DNA of 64,000 nucleotides from positions 8,331,594 to 8,395,593 of the forward strand of contig OZ199838.1 of NCBI GenBank assembly GCA_964304625.1. Reading direction: 5' to 3'. Below are positions 39,880-53,277 of this stretch, piece by piece. The notes beneath the pieces are model-generated. The model saw only the letters and a list, made by a program, of their open reading frames with translations. It did no database searches and was not told the DNA's origin. The first letter of the stretch is position 1; every line of letters begins with the position of its first letter. This DNA is from Kudoa neothunni. Lineage: Eukaryota; Animalia; Cnidaria. The translations under genes and the position numbers were made by a program.

Positions 39880-41136
39880 CCCTGCCTGTCCGAAGCGGGG
39901 TCACTCAGGGACCCCAAAATAACCATTTTGTTTATAATTTCAAACACGTTTAATTTTCGATTGTAAAATTTCCTGAATTCCTCTATAAAGATATAAGGCT
40001 TTTATTTAAATATTTTTATATATAATTTTGTTTAATTATCATAAATAGTTTTCGCTTTTAAAATGACGTCTTACATGTTTTTTAAGAAATAATGCCAATC
40101 TCATCTCCTATTTTATTTCAAAACTACATTAACTTTTCGTATTAATTGTAAATGTCTTTTTGTATCGATATCATGGGTTGAAATCAAATTTAAAGTTACA
40201 TCGTGATATTTTGGGGGGATTACGAAGGTTAATTCATTTCGGTCGAGTTTTATTCTAACTCTGATAAGGTAATTGGTTATGTTGAAAATTTTATTTTTTT
40301 ATTTAATTTGATAAAGCCCTTATTTTGTAATTATGAGCAACGAAGCTGATAAATATATTGATAATTCCTCTTCCACTGATCGTTATGACACTTCAGAATA
40401 TGAAATTTCTGAGTCAGATGATACATCCACTGAGGATTTTCTTGAGGAAATTAATAGCTATGTTGAAGAAGAAGACTTTTCTGAGGACTTGGATTATTCT
40501 TTTGTAACAGAAAATCACGATTTTTAGTTAGTTTCCCAATCTGCCTTTAAATGGAGTGTAGAACCTCGCACAAAAACAAAGGATCGTTCCCATAACAAGA
40601 TTCTTCCTCCATCTTCTGAATTTTTAAGAGAGTCAGGAAATTTCAACACCATTTTAGAGACATTTGAATTATTCATTACGGGGGATATTCTTGAAGAAAT
40701 CGTCTCATGTACTAATAAATATTTCGAACAATATAAACATATACAAAATGATGAAATAACCACTGACGAGTTAAAAGCCTTTATGGGTGTTTTAATTGCC
40801 TCCGGCCGCTCCAATGGCCAATCTCTTGCTCTTCGAAATATGTGGGATACCAATCCATTATTCAAGCAGTTTTATTTCGCGACAGCGATACCCAGGGACC
40901 GATTTACCCACACATATCAAGTGTTGAGGTTTGATGATAAATCTACTAGAAACTACCGTAAACGAGAATCAAACGACAAATTCGAGGCTTTTCGAAAGAT
41001 CTTTCAGGCGTTTAATGAAAACTGTTTGAAGAGCTTTTGGCCCGGGCCTTATATTACTGTTGACGAGAGGTTGGTGAAAGATCTAATTGCACCATTTTAC
41101 GGTACGTGTCGAGGCGTTACAGTAGATAATTTTTTT
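39880..41136 (+). mobile_element. piggyBac (PGBD4-like) element, internally deleted and truncated
   Basis: TTAA|CCCTG... terminus; acidic N-terminus 40333-40527; PRDRF...LRFDDK, DKFEAFR, ITVDERLV joined directly to VTVDNFF. Confidence 0.85.
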
Positions 41137-41344
41137 GATAGTGTCTATTTGCACTCCCTCGGTGCATGCGCAGAGGATTAAAGCATTATCACTATATGTG
41201 CTTTTACTCCCATATTAGTCATTTCAAATAAATAATAATAGTTGCTAACACAAAATAATATTTTTTAATTGACTTTTAAAGTCATATGTCAATTATTATT
41301 TATCGTAAAAATTACAATCATATTTACTCCATAAAACAATTTTA

Positions 41345-43519
41345 GGTAATGGGGGAGTATCCAGCTCCAAAAATTCAGCATCTTCCCGTGCACGCGCACT
41401 CCCGATTGTTTTATAATTTAATTCACAACGTTTTTAAAATACTGAGTGATCATAAATAATTTATATTTTTAATTTTTGTAATATTATCAAATATGTTCTC
41501 GCGATTAAAGAATCACACAGGATAGGAGATATTTGATTCAGTGGTGTTTTGAATTTTCGATAATTATAGATGTAATAGTAACTGCTATATTTATATCTCA
41601 CGTTAAATTTAAAAATTTATGTTTTTATAATTTAATCCGATTAACAAAAGTTTTTTCGATGGCGGATTTTTCACTTCAGCGTCAATTTTATAAACTTTTG
41701 TTTAATGTGAGTGCTCTATTTACTTGCCTAGCGAATAAGAGTCTATTACAAAAAATGCCTGATCGGTGCAAGAATTGCCACAGGTATAACACTCTACGCC
41801 TCCAAGTTACAACGAGAAAAAGAAACAATACTTCAATCGATCTTTGTGACGATGATATTGAGAAATACTCGTATACATGTTCAAAGTACTTTTATTTTAT
41901 GTTTAGTTTTTAAAATATTAATTTTAGGAGTGATTGTAGAACGCATTTTTCACCCAGGACCTCTACCTTCTTTGGCATCAATAACGCGATGGGGACGAAT
42001 GTTTATTAAGAGGTCGCCGTAAAAACAACCGGGGAAGATTTTTAAGCATGGACAGATGGTTGGCCACCTCTAACTATTTCTTAAGGAGTAGGTTATTCCG
42101 TGGAGCGACTCCTTTGAGACGTCAGCGTAGAAATGAAAGGTATGGTTACAGAATAAACGGCCCTTGGGTTGTTAGCATTTGCGAATGCTCTGTCGATGAA
42201 GATGGCAAACGCAAATTGTTAGAATCAAGATTTTTTATTGTCAAAAAAGGGGATAAACGAACGTTGACCCAACTCGTCTTACAGGAAGTTGAAAACGGGA
42301 CTACAATCTATACTGACGAGTGGTTGGGGTACACCTCTCTCCGAATTTACGGCTATAACCATATAACCGTTAATCACTCTAAAGAGTATGTCACTCCAGA
42401 GGGTTACCATACTAATACGGTCGAGATTGTGTGGCATCATCTCAAAACAAAACTCATTCGGAAAATGAGCGGTGTGCCACGAAATCAGCTGGATTCCTAC
42501 CTACATGAATCATGATCACGTTCCATCCATAGAGGATATTGGAATTTTTTCGAATATATTTTAACAGCGATCGCTCCTATTTACCAATTAAATAATAGCT
42601 AGTGAAACAAAATATTTGTGTTTTGATTCCTCTCATCTTTTATATACTGCTATTTGTCAAAAAACTTAAGAAAACTTTAGATTTTACCATATTAGTATTA
42701 ACTATAAAATTAAAATTATATTTGCAATAAATATATTTGAGATTTCTCGCGTATTTTCGTCTAATGATAATAAATAAAAATATATGTTTATGATTTACCG
42801 TTAAGGCTTTATTAATGAAAGAATAATTTTTCCTTATAAATGAAATTAGATTATGAAATTTAAAAAAAACAAATTTTTAATTTGGGACTCACAATTGTTT
42901 CTCAGTCTTGATAATCAATCTGATTATACAATACATCAACTATGAATTATAGTTATCACGGATCGTTCCTCAAAGTGGTCAATATATTTGTACAAATCAA
43001 CATTAAATACTTTATGGTTGACTTATTTATAATCTAATTATAAGTAGTTAACGAATTATTCATTTTGTTGTTTGTACGGTATACCGTTATATATTTAATA
43101 TTAGTACACCAAAAAAATATATGAACTAAAAAATAAATTTTTAAGCAACAATTAAGAGTCAATAATGTAAAAAATGAAAACTTAAGGTTAAAAAACACAA
43201 TAAATAACTGGCATATATCCTTTCCGTTCAATTTCATTAATAATTCAAAGAACATATTTGATATTACAAAAATTAAAAATATAAATTATTTATGACAAAT
43301 TAGGCTGAAAAAGGTTATGAAAAGGTATGCGCATTACATTGCGCGCTTCCCGATTGTTGCCGAAGTGTAATTTTTTGCAACTCTTTAGAATAAAAATTTT
43401 GGTCTGATTTGTGATCACTCAGTATTTCAAAAATGTTGTGAATTAAATTATAAAACAATCGGGAGTGCGCGTGCACGGGAAGATGCTGAATTTTTGGAGC
43501 TGGATACTCCCCCATTACC
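41345..43519 (+). mobile_element. Merlin (IS1595/ISXO2-like) element, internally deleted transposase
   Basis: Long near-perfect TIRs GGTAATGGGGGAGTATCCAGCTCC...; perfect 8 bp TSD CAATTTTA; ORF 42048-42515 with GPWV, TIYTDEW.GY and H.TVNHS...GYHTNTVE..W. Confidence 0.92.
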
Positions 43520-44853
43520 CAATTTTATGTCAACTTCCACGTATTATAAATTAAAAAATGGTTAGATAATAATTACAAGACAAACTCATGTGAATATATC
43601 TTTGTGCGGTTTATTAGTTTTGAGCGTAATGAGTTCAGAAGGCCGCGATTTATTCAACAAACGATTCTGTTCATTTGATAATTTAAAAAATCCTACAAAA
43701 AATTATTAAAAAATTTGATATATTTTGAAAGTGCCGACTCATTTTACTTCATTTGAACGAATTATATCCAACAAATCCAATGTATTTTCAATATTTGGAA
43801 AAAACTGGATTAATATTCAAAATATTTGGGCTCAAGTTCATCGTCTCAATGCTCTGACATTTGGTTCAAATACGAATAGCAGGATTGAACAACAGCATCA
43901 CAAGATAAAAGATATATGTCAGAATCATCGTTAATTCACTAAGTCAATTCAATACTCAATTACTGTAAGACCATCCATAGTGATAATTTATAAAAAACGG
44001 TCTGATTCTTATGAATAACAACAACATTGATGATGTTGATATTTTGACAATAATAAATCGTTTGTTCAGTTTTGCTGCTGATAAACTCAAATTAGAGACC
44101 CAAAATCTGAAATTATTGTCAATTAGGAATTAAAAAAAACTGTTCTTTGTTTACATTGCATCTATCTTGTTCAGCAATTATTACGTTTCAAGATAATATA
44201 TACAAGTTTGATTGTACATTTTTTCAACAATATTCTCTCTCATGAAAACATTTAATTGCAAAGGTAAAGTCTTTAATTTTGACTTCTGATTCTATGTGCA
44301 TTGGAAGATGGTTTATACAAACAATGATATATTCCTCGATAATAATCATGTGTGCAATATAACAAACGACGATATTTCAACAATTATAAACTTCCCCGAT
44401 ATTGATTCACAAAATATCGGCTTGAATGTTTTACCACCAATATACATTTAAAATCAAAGTTTAGAAGAAACAGAAAATTATGTTTTGAAATATTGGATCA
44501 ATTAAATACACTTGGTGGTAGTCAATACAACGATTTACAAGAGCCTAAAAAACTTAAAAGATCAGTACGAGAATAAAACCACATTTTCCATAAATCAGCC
44601 AAATGAAAAAATTTCCAATTCGTATAATTTCAATTTTCGTTCCATTAAAATAAAAGGAAGACTAAAACAATTAAAAAACTGTGTTTATAACAAAAAAGCA
44701 GAAAAAATATTTTTATTATTTTATTCAATTTTCAAAAAATATTAATTATCGTTTTTGGCTATTAGTGTTTTTCCGCAACAACTAATATAAGAGAAAAAGC
44801 ACATATAGAGATAATGCTTTCATCCTCCGCGCACGCACCGAGGGAGTGCAAAT

Positions 44854-46163
44854 CAGGGTTGCCAGAACTGGTACGTTCGTACCAAATGGTACTTTTTAAC
44901 CTTCAACAATATTCGATGTCCGGTTAGGTATTAGTGATGAATGCAAGGTAGCATTAATGGCTTGACTAAAAATTTTTATTTTTCACGTTTATCTATTGTT
45001 ATTTTAGCATGTAGATATAAGATTATACGATGATATGCAAAATATTTCTTTATGTTGAATTCGGTGTTATTTTAAACATCCAATCTATCCCTTTATTGTT
45101 TTGTCTCATAAAGAAAAAAAGACATACAATTAAATTTCAAATCGTTATCATTTAATACAATTTTATAAACTTAAGCATATTTTTTTCTTCACTTATCTGT
45201 AAAATGAGTTTCTGGCCACGATAATGTTATCTATTTGTTGTTTTAAATGGAACGTTATTTGATTTCATGGTCAAATCATTTCCATGTAATCCCAATGTAA
45301 GTTTAACCATATACGCGGACAATTAGCTCGTTTACTTCACGAAATTAATTTTTCTGCTTACAGGTTTTGTACTTGAGGGTTTTAAATGTATTTTTTAACG
45401 AACAAAAATCTGGCTCGAAAGAGTTATCGAATTTAATTGTAATTACAAAAATTTCTTCAAATGTTATGTTTATACATTTCTAACCAAGGGAATTATTAAT
45501 AAATTATATTTTTTAAAATTAAAGCTATCATTGACACCTGAAAATATTTAAATAATATGAAAAAGAAGTTGAATTGTTTGAGGCCATGGATCCAAGTAAC
45601 GTAAATGAAGGTAAGCCCGAGTCTATCATACCCCTTGCAGCAAGCTTCCCTAATCTTATATCGGATGAAGACTGCACCAATGTGGATATTGAATGGAGAA
45701 AATTAACTTTCGAAGACTCAAATCTCTTTTCGATAAGTGACCTCGAAAAATTTTGGTACGATGTATCAGAAAAAAGAATTGGCGATGTTCCTAAATATCC
45801 ATTAATTTCAAAACTAATGATGAGCTTGCGTTCATTACCTCATTTTTCTGCTTGTGTCAAAAGAATATTTTCCCAATTCAACATAATCAAAATAAAAAAT
45901 AGATCATTATTGAAGACCGAAACATTAAACAGCTTAATTTATCCGAAAAGTTTATTGTATATACAGATTGTACAAAATGGAATCCGCCTGAAGATTTAAT
46001 AACAGCGTTCATAGAGACAAGCGTTTATGAAGATAACTGTAATGAAACAATTTCATTTTAGATAGATTAAAAAACATTTTAAATAACTATGTTTTTCCTC
46101 TTAATCCTTTTTTTGCTCAGATTAAGTGTTGGTACTTTTTTCGCTAATCTTCTGGCAACCCTG
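44854..46163 (+). mobile_element. hAT deletion derivative inserted in the MULE TIR
   Basis: TIRs CAGGGTTGCCAGA / TCTGGCAACCCTG; perfect 8 bp TSD GTGCAAAT; ORF 45574-45999 with hATC motif (FW...YP....LPH.SA.V.RIFSQ.NIIK). Confidence 0.9.
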
Positions 46164-46239
46164 GTGCAAATAGACACCATCACGTAATACAGGGGTGCTA
46201 CGCACCTAAATGTTTTGTCCCAAAAAAGTGCGTAATATC

Positions 46240-47363
46240 CCTGCACTACTGTATTTGGTTATGATAATGTTGTGCAGATCGCGCATGTTTATTCAAAGCG
46301 TTAGGCAAGTTATTCAAATTAGAATATCCTTCTTTCATCCAGATATTTTCAATGGGCGGCGAATATAACAGGCAAGAGAAAAAAAAAAGTTTTTTTGTTG
46401 TAGTACATCCACATAACCATTCTTTCCACTCGTACCGTACACTATGAAAGGTACGAGTTATTTTCTCTCCTTTCTGTTGTTTAAGTTCATAAAGTTTTGG
46501 TGTTGGTATACCATTTGTAATGATTCTCATCTTTTCTTCATAGGGAAGTTTTGAAAACCGTTTGAGATAGTGACTATCCATGATTGAAAATCACGTGATA
46601 AAACCAAAACGCATTTCAACAGATAACCAAAATATAAAATTGGGTAGTATTTCAGAGAAAATGCGAGTTACACATAAATTATTCCTAATCTATAATCTCT
46701 ATTTTGGATACACTGATTAAGATTTAAATATTTAATAATTCAAAAAATAACTAGAATTCCACGTATGAGAGGTTCAAATCGACTCCCATTATTGCATGTT
46801 GTCACATGACTACCCAGGGTATTTAGAATTTAGTTTGTATACCCTGGTTAGTACAAAAAATAGAAATGTGCGGAATCGTACCTCAAGTGCCAGTTTCTCG
46901 CATCTACGCATGTTCTATATAGGAGGCTCGAGGCAGCCGTGACCTCTGCCTACCTTGACCTAAATATTTGAGAAATTTTTATTTATTTACATATTTTTTA
47001 TAATATGTATATTATACACTCATAACTGAAAATTTCTTATTCATCTATATTGGAAGTTGGCAAATCAGGCATCACAGGCCTTAATTTGCCAATGCTTTAC
47101 ACATCTGGACCCATGAAAGTTACTCTATATCAAGTTATTTTGGACTATTATTGATTCTGGTTCATATATTTAAACCAATACTGAGATAAATACAAATAAT
47201 TTTTCTATTTACGTTCATTAATACACACATTATTTATTTTTTAGTTGGTGTTATCCTATTAATTATCAGGTTACAGCCTGTAATGCAGGTACAAAAATTT
47301 CCCCACCCAACATATTCCAGGGTATGCATTGCATACCTTGCATACCCGGACGACACGTGCCTG
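46240..47363 (-). mobile_element. hAT/ZMYM1-like element, 5' fragment
   Basis: Left end on minus strand CAGGCACGTG...GGGTATGCAAGGTATGCAATGCATACCC; ORF 46246-46581 (WLCGC...LFFFSCLL...W.KEGY..LNNL...KH..S..H) is homologous to 8200-8530. Confidence 0.8.
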
Positions 47364-49826
47364 ATGCAAATAGACACTGTTGTCTCGGCTCCCTCATTCA
47401 TTGAGTCTCCCGCTGTATCCTGTTTCGCACTCATCCTGGTTAGCGCCATAGAAACACTTTTGCAAGACACGACACAAAACGATTAATATCGAGCATAAGT
47501 CAAATATAAAAGAATATATATATATATCCAACAGACACTATCAGTAAAAATCGTTCATAAATTAAATACACAATCCTTTATGTAGATAAATTGGAAACGC
47601 GCGCGAATATAACTATTGTTTACGTTCGATTAACCGGAATCTCGCTATCCGGAAAGGAAATCACTGGTCCCCAATTTTCCAGATAATCGAGGTTCGACTG
47701 TATATCTAAAATTTTTAGAATGAATTGCGCGGGCGTAATTGAAAATTAATATACATATCTCGGAGGTTTGTCGGTTGGATTCAACATCCGAGGGTACCGG
47801 GTTCAGTTCCACCCCCTACCAATCAACTGTTTCGGTACGAGTGTATATTTACCTCCTAATGGGAGCTATTGTTAGTGTTAGAGCGCAACATTATGTGTAA
47901 TTTCACTTTCGTTTATATAGTTCGCTCGTTCACAGGCGGGTTTATTAGATGTTTGAATCGTCAGGTCTGCATTAACAATTATGAAATCTACGTAGAACCA
48001 AGGTTCTTATGGGTGAGGTTTGAGGTGATGGTTGCCCCAAAGACTTTGATATTGCATGGGTTAAACTTCCACATTACCGCAAAATGATGAAGGATGGAGT
48101 AGATGTCAACCGTTCTATGGTATCTACAACATTGATGTGGGTGACATAACCCGTAACCAACCACTTTTCTACAACCTAACAAGTTGCGCGAGAAATTTGA
48201 CCTTGTAAACAGAAAAAACGTTAATCACCATTATGTTTAAGCGGAATTTCACTATCTGGAAGAATAATATTGGTTCTCATTTTATCTAAATAATAGTATT
48301 TGAGTTATAGACAAGGTATTAAGTGGTGGAGATCTAGCTTAACGACTCAATTTTACGAAATCTTAGTGCTTAATCATATATAGGGGCATAATTTACCAAG
48401 GAGGTTTATTAGTCTCTTTTTTGACTCATCCGATAATACGGAATGTAAATTCTCTATTAGCATAAATGCTGTGGTGATTTAAGACATATGATGTAAAGAA
48501 TGAATCAATTATTGTTTGAATAACTGAAAGTTTCCTTGACGTTTTTTATATCGGGAATTTTTTTAAGTCAATTAGTTTACATTCTGTCTGATAAGAACTC
48601 ATTTAAACGACATATCGACACTATAAATTTGTATACCTGCAGTAGATTAAATCTACAAATGAGTCAATGAATGGGTCATAATCGTATAAACAATCAATTA
48701 GTAGGTAAGTTTGTATCCGATTACCCATTAAATAGCATCAAAATACTCCAAAAACCCAAGATATTATTTGGTTATTGATTAATGTTCTATGTTGTTTTGT
48801 TGTATTAAGTGGTATCACTGATACAAAACCAATTTTGTAGCAATATTCACTATTATTTACATTTTTATGTAGATAAAAGTTTGTCGTTGTGCCGACAGCG
48901 GAGATATAACTACTGAGAGGGGAAATTAGGAAATTAATGCCGAGCGGAATAAATGGACCCAAATCTGTATGAAAAAAATCCAGCTCTAATTTTTAATGAT
49001 GCAATAACGGACGATGGTTGCGAATCATTTCGTGCGACCAACGAGAATAATGTATCAGAGCTACTGTTACCTGAGAAGGACGATAGGGGAATGCTTCAGT
49101 CAAGTTCGAGTAGGTCCGTTAAATTATTACTAGAGAAAACTAAATGTTAACAAACCTTTATTCTAGATTTTGATACTTATATATTTTTAAAAGAGTGTAA
49201 AATTTAGATCCACCCCCTGCACACTATTTAAACCATAGGTATTGTACCCAGCTTAGCCTAAGCTATCCTTTAACAACATAGAGGTTGTAAAACTAAGATC
49301 TTAAGAGATTATGTATATGTAGTGGATATAACGTAAAAATGAAATTTAATTTAGATTGAATTTGTTGAGGAGAATTTGTTCATAAGAATATCTAAATAAA
49401 TGTTTTTAAAATCAGGATATAAACCTTGTATCTAGCCTCATGTGTATTTCTTATCTAAGTTGTTTGTCTTCAAGGGGGTTTCGCTCAGGCGTCAATAACT
49501 GAAAATATTGACGATGCGGCTCAAAACCTTGATATAAAAACCACGACTCACTGTAAATTTTTTATACGTCATACTTATTTTTATTAAATCGTTATTGTAT
49601 AAAATTTAGTGCAACAAATTGGAATTGAAATGTCTGCAGCGTCGAATTCAGGTATTTGAATTTTTTGTCTATAAGTAACTTTAAAAATGATCATATAATA
49701 ACAACTCGACAATGAATGATAATTCTAAGTTTTATATAATTCATAATACCATGTTAGAATGAATTGGATTATAGTTTTACAAATATTGTCATATTAAATT
49801 TGGTGTTTTAATAAGTTCATATAGTA

Positions 49827-52256
49827 ATGGATCAAGATACAGTTTCTTTCACTCAACTATCTGCCGATCGTCTCAACGAAAAACCAACAAACAGCATATT
49901 TAATGACAATAATAATATTATTGATTTTTTAAACAATCCTTCCTTGGAATTTATGTATGAAGAAAAATGGGATAATGAAGAACAACAAGAAAACCACCAT
50001 CAGCAAGCCTATTTCTCGAAGAGATTTTGCGGTTTTAGTACTTTAAAAGTAAGAAAGATTGAGAAAAAATTCACTGATTGGGCCTACAAACACCCTTGGC
50101 TTATATTGATTTGCTTGTGCTATGTTTCGATGGTGTGTACTATGACTGGAATTGGATTCCTTGGAGTGGTTATTCAAGATATTGAGAAGCAATATGGATT
50201 ATCCAGCACACACACTGGGTTTATTTCGGCTTGCTTAGATGTAGCTTTTTGTTTTGGTGCCATTCTTATTGGATGGAAACTCAAGAAATCCGATTTGGGT
50301 TTTATATCGTTAGGTATGGGAGCTGTAACTTTGGGATGCCTTTTGTTTGCATTACCTTTGGCCGTTATCCGAACCGATATCAATATAATTAGCACAAACA
50401 ATACAGCCATATCCGAAAGTCTATGTTTCACTAAAGAAAACCTTCAGCGCATGAAAGTTTCACTACCGATAGATAATAGATACTCAAAAAACAATAAGCC
50501 CATTATTTCTAAGGACCATGAAAATAGAGGCTTGAGTAATAGCTATCGTGCACTTATTATATTCTACGCGGCATTTGCACTCATTGGAATTGGTTCAGCG
50601 CCCGTTTTCATACTTAGTCCAATAATTTTGAAAAATATGTTATCAGAGAGTCGAAGAAGTACCTACTTATCCATATTCTACTTAAGCTCTTTGTTGGGAC
50701 CATCACTTGCATACTTTTCATCGAATCCAATTTTGAAAATCCCTGTATTTCTTAAACCAATCTCGAACACTGATGAGTTTATCGGGGCTTGGTGGATATG
50801 CTTTGTTTTTGGGGGGATTGCATCCTTCGTCGGTTTCATAATTATTTCAATAATTGCCATTTTATTCAACCCATCAGAACAAGAAAACCCTGTTGGTGTC
50901 CCAAGTGTCAGCTACAATTCAAATTTGGGAAATGTACCCGACAACGTTTCTAGTCGAAGCTCACAAAACAAACATAAAAAGTTGACCCAAGTTTTTGTTC
51001 GCGCTACTAAAAATTCATTTAGACATCCTCTGGGTATTGACCCACCATCGAAATTCGAACCTTTATCCCTGCTAGAACCAAACGATCACAATTTGAAAGG
51101 CTTGAAAACATTTGGAAAACTGAGACTAATTATATCGAACAACTGCTACCTATTGGTCTCATTTTCTTCTACATTGATTCAATTTCTTATTGTTGGTTTT
51201 GCGACATTTTTACCAAAATTTATGGAAAACAATTTTACTATTTTACCTGAAAGAGCAGTGATTATTGTTGGATTTATCATGGTGCCTAGTGCTGCCTTGG
51301 GATCTATCGTTGGGGGATTTCTTATACGCAAATTTAAGCTTAGACTGCCGCAAATATGTTTCTTGTGTTTTGTCTGTTCGCTTGTGACAACTGTTGCGAC
51401 GTTTTGTTTCCTTATTCAGTGCCCACCTGTGACCAACGTGACACCAAGTTACTCTTCCCTCAAATACCCCCACAGGTATTTCTTCATTACATTAATAATT
51501 ACAATCGAAATTTAATAGTTCAATAATAAACATCGAAAAATGCTGGTCCCAGTGTGCTTATCCCTGTGAAGACCTACCGTCACAACCTGTTTGCTATCAA
51601 GACAAAAATATTTTATTTTTAAATCCATGCTACGCTGGATGTAGAAGCAACAAACTCGACAATAACCAAGTAGTGTATTTCTTAACGTCGAAAATAATAT
51701 TTTATCTTTAGACTGTATATTTTGATTGTTCTTGCATTGAAGAAAACAACTCTTTTAGTACCAAAATAATTCTTACGGTAGGGAGTTGTTCATTGTATTG
51801 CAACCAAATTATCTTCTTCTCAGTGGTCATGTTTTTGCTCAATTTCTTTATGTTCACTATGTATGTTCCAATGACGGAAGTAACGATGCGGTAAGAACAA
51901 CTCATTTTACTACTTGTTGGATTAAGCTGAATTTAGTGTTGTCAGAGGAAATCTACTAACAATGGCGCTTGGTTTCCAGCAAGTTCTTCAGCGGTTACTT
52001 GGTCAAGTACCAGGACCGATTATTATCGGTAAACTTATTGATTTGGCATGTGTGTATTGGAAAACCAAAGGCTCGGAATCTCATTGTTTTGTTTACGACA
52101 CTGTCAAATACAGGTTTTGTAAAATTTCATTCTTTTAACTTAATATTTTCTAGAATACACATGACGTCCATTGGAGTGCCTGTCTTTCTTGTAAATACAT
52201 TATGTATGTTTACAGCCTATGTGTTCTCCTCGCGTGAAAATTTAGAAGTTTCCTAA
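49827..52256 (+). CDS. Organic anion transporting polypeptide (OATP/SLCO, MFS) with Kazal-like loop, ~5 exons
   Basis: IEKQYGLSS...G, GAWW, GFATFLPKFME; Kazal-like PVC......F.NPCYAGC; QRLLGQVPGPIIIGKLIDLACVYW...C..YD after splicing of ~40-50 nt introns. Confidence 0.92.
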
Positions 52257-53277
52257 AATCACTGTTCGAAAATATACAACAGTTTAAATTATATTTCAAC
52301 TTTAAACTGTATATCTTGGTTTATGTTTTCAAAATATAATTTTATTGCATTAAATAAGTTAAAAAAATAGTATCCCATTTGAGGAAAAAATATAGATAAC
52401 TTAGAATTATGCATTCGACCATGTAAATCTTCCTCTTTTAACAATCTAAAGATGGTGTTATTTAGTTCTATAAGTCATTGTTCGTGCGTGTCGCTCCTAA
52501 AAATGTCTCTTAAAAGTAGCTATTAAATAATTATTTTATTGTAGCTGTTACGCAACGCAATCGCTTTACAAGTTATGGTCTGAACAAATTTGTACATGAG
52601 CTAGGAATTTACATTTTATTATAATTGTATCTTATGAGATTTAGGTAAATTAAAATGAGATGTGCATGGTCGTTTTTATTAATTTTATACAATTATTGAA
52701 AGGTCTTCTACTTAACTAAATATATTTGTGTGGACATCCATTACTATATTCGGTGACTCACCGATTACTACAATAGGATTTAATTTGGAGAAATTTCAGA
52801 ATTATAGGGTTATCGGAATTATATTAGGTGAATCGTTGAAATAAGATAAAAAAATAACTAAAAATATCTGGTATTATTTCAGTTAAATAGAATGCACATT
52901 TGGATATTTATTAATCCAACAAAATAATGTTTAATTTCTTTTATTAGCTACGATCAAGAAATTCTTTAATAAAACTAATTAAACAAATACTTACGCAATT
53001 TAATAAACCTTTCACCCTACAAAAAATGTGATTCTCAAAAAGAAATTTCATGGGATTTCTTATTTTTATGAATAAATGGGTTAAATTATTTATTTAAATC
53101 GTGTATGCAAATTTTTTGAATATATTTATGATTTTGATTATTAATAAGAAAATGTCATTCGGAAAGTTAATAATGCTATGCTAGCTGAATTATAACCAAC
53201 AAAATACTGGATGTAATTAAGCGTAAATCATATATGAATTGTATATGGAACATATTATTGTAATCTTTTTGTGTATA

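Larger units (their letters stand above)
41137..46181 (+). mobile_element. MULE-derived element hosting nested Merlin and hAT insertions
   Basis: ~65+ bp TIRs GTGTCTATTTGCACTCCCTCGGTGC... / ...GCACCGAGGGAGTGCAAAT[hAT]AGACAC; remnant W.....WA..HR....TFGSNTNSRIEQQHHKIK (43725-43934) and a SWIM-like relic at ~44210. Confidence 0.8.

Noticed and set aside
50174-51473. Minus-strand ORFs within the SLCO exon
   Set aside because: Antisense shadows of the transporter coding sequence.
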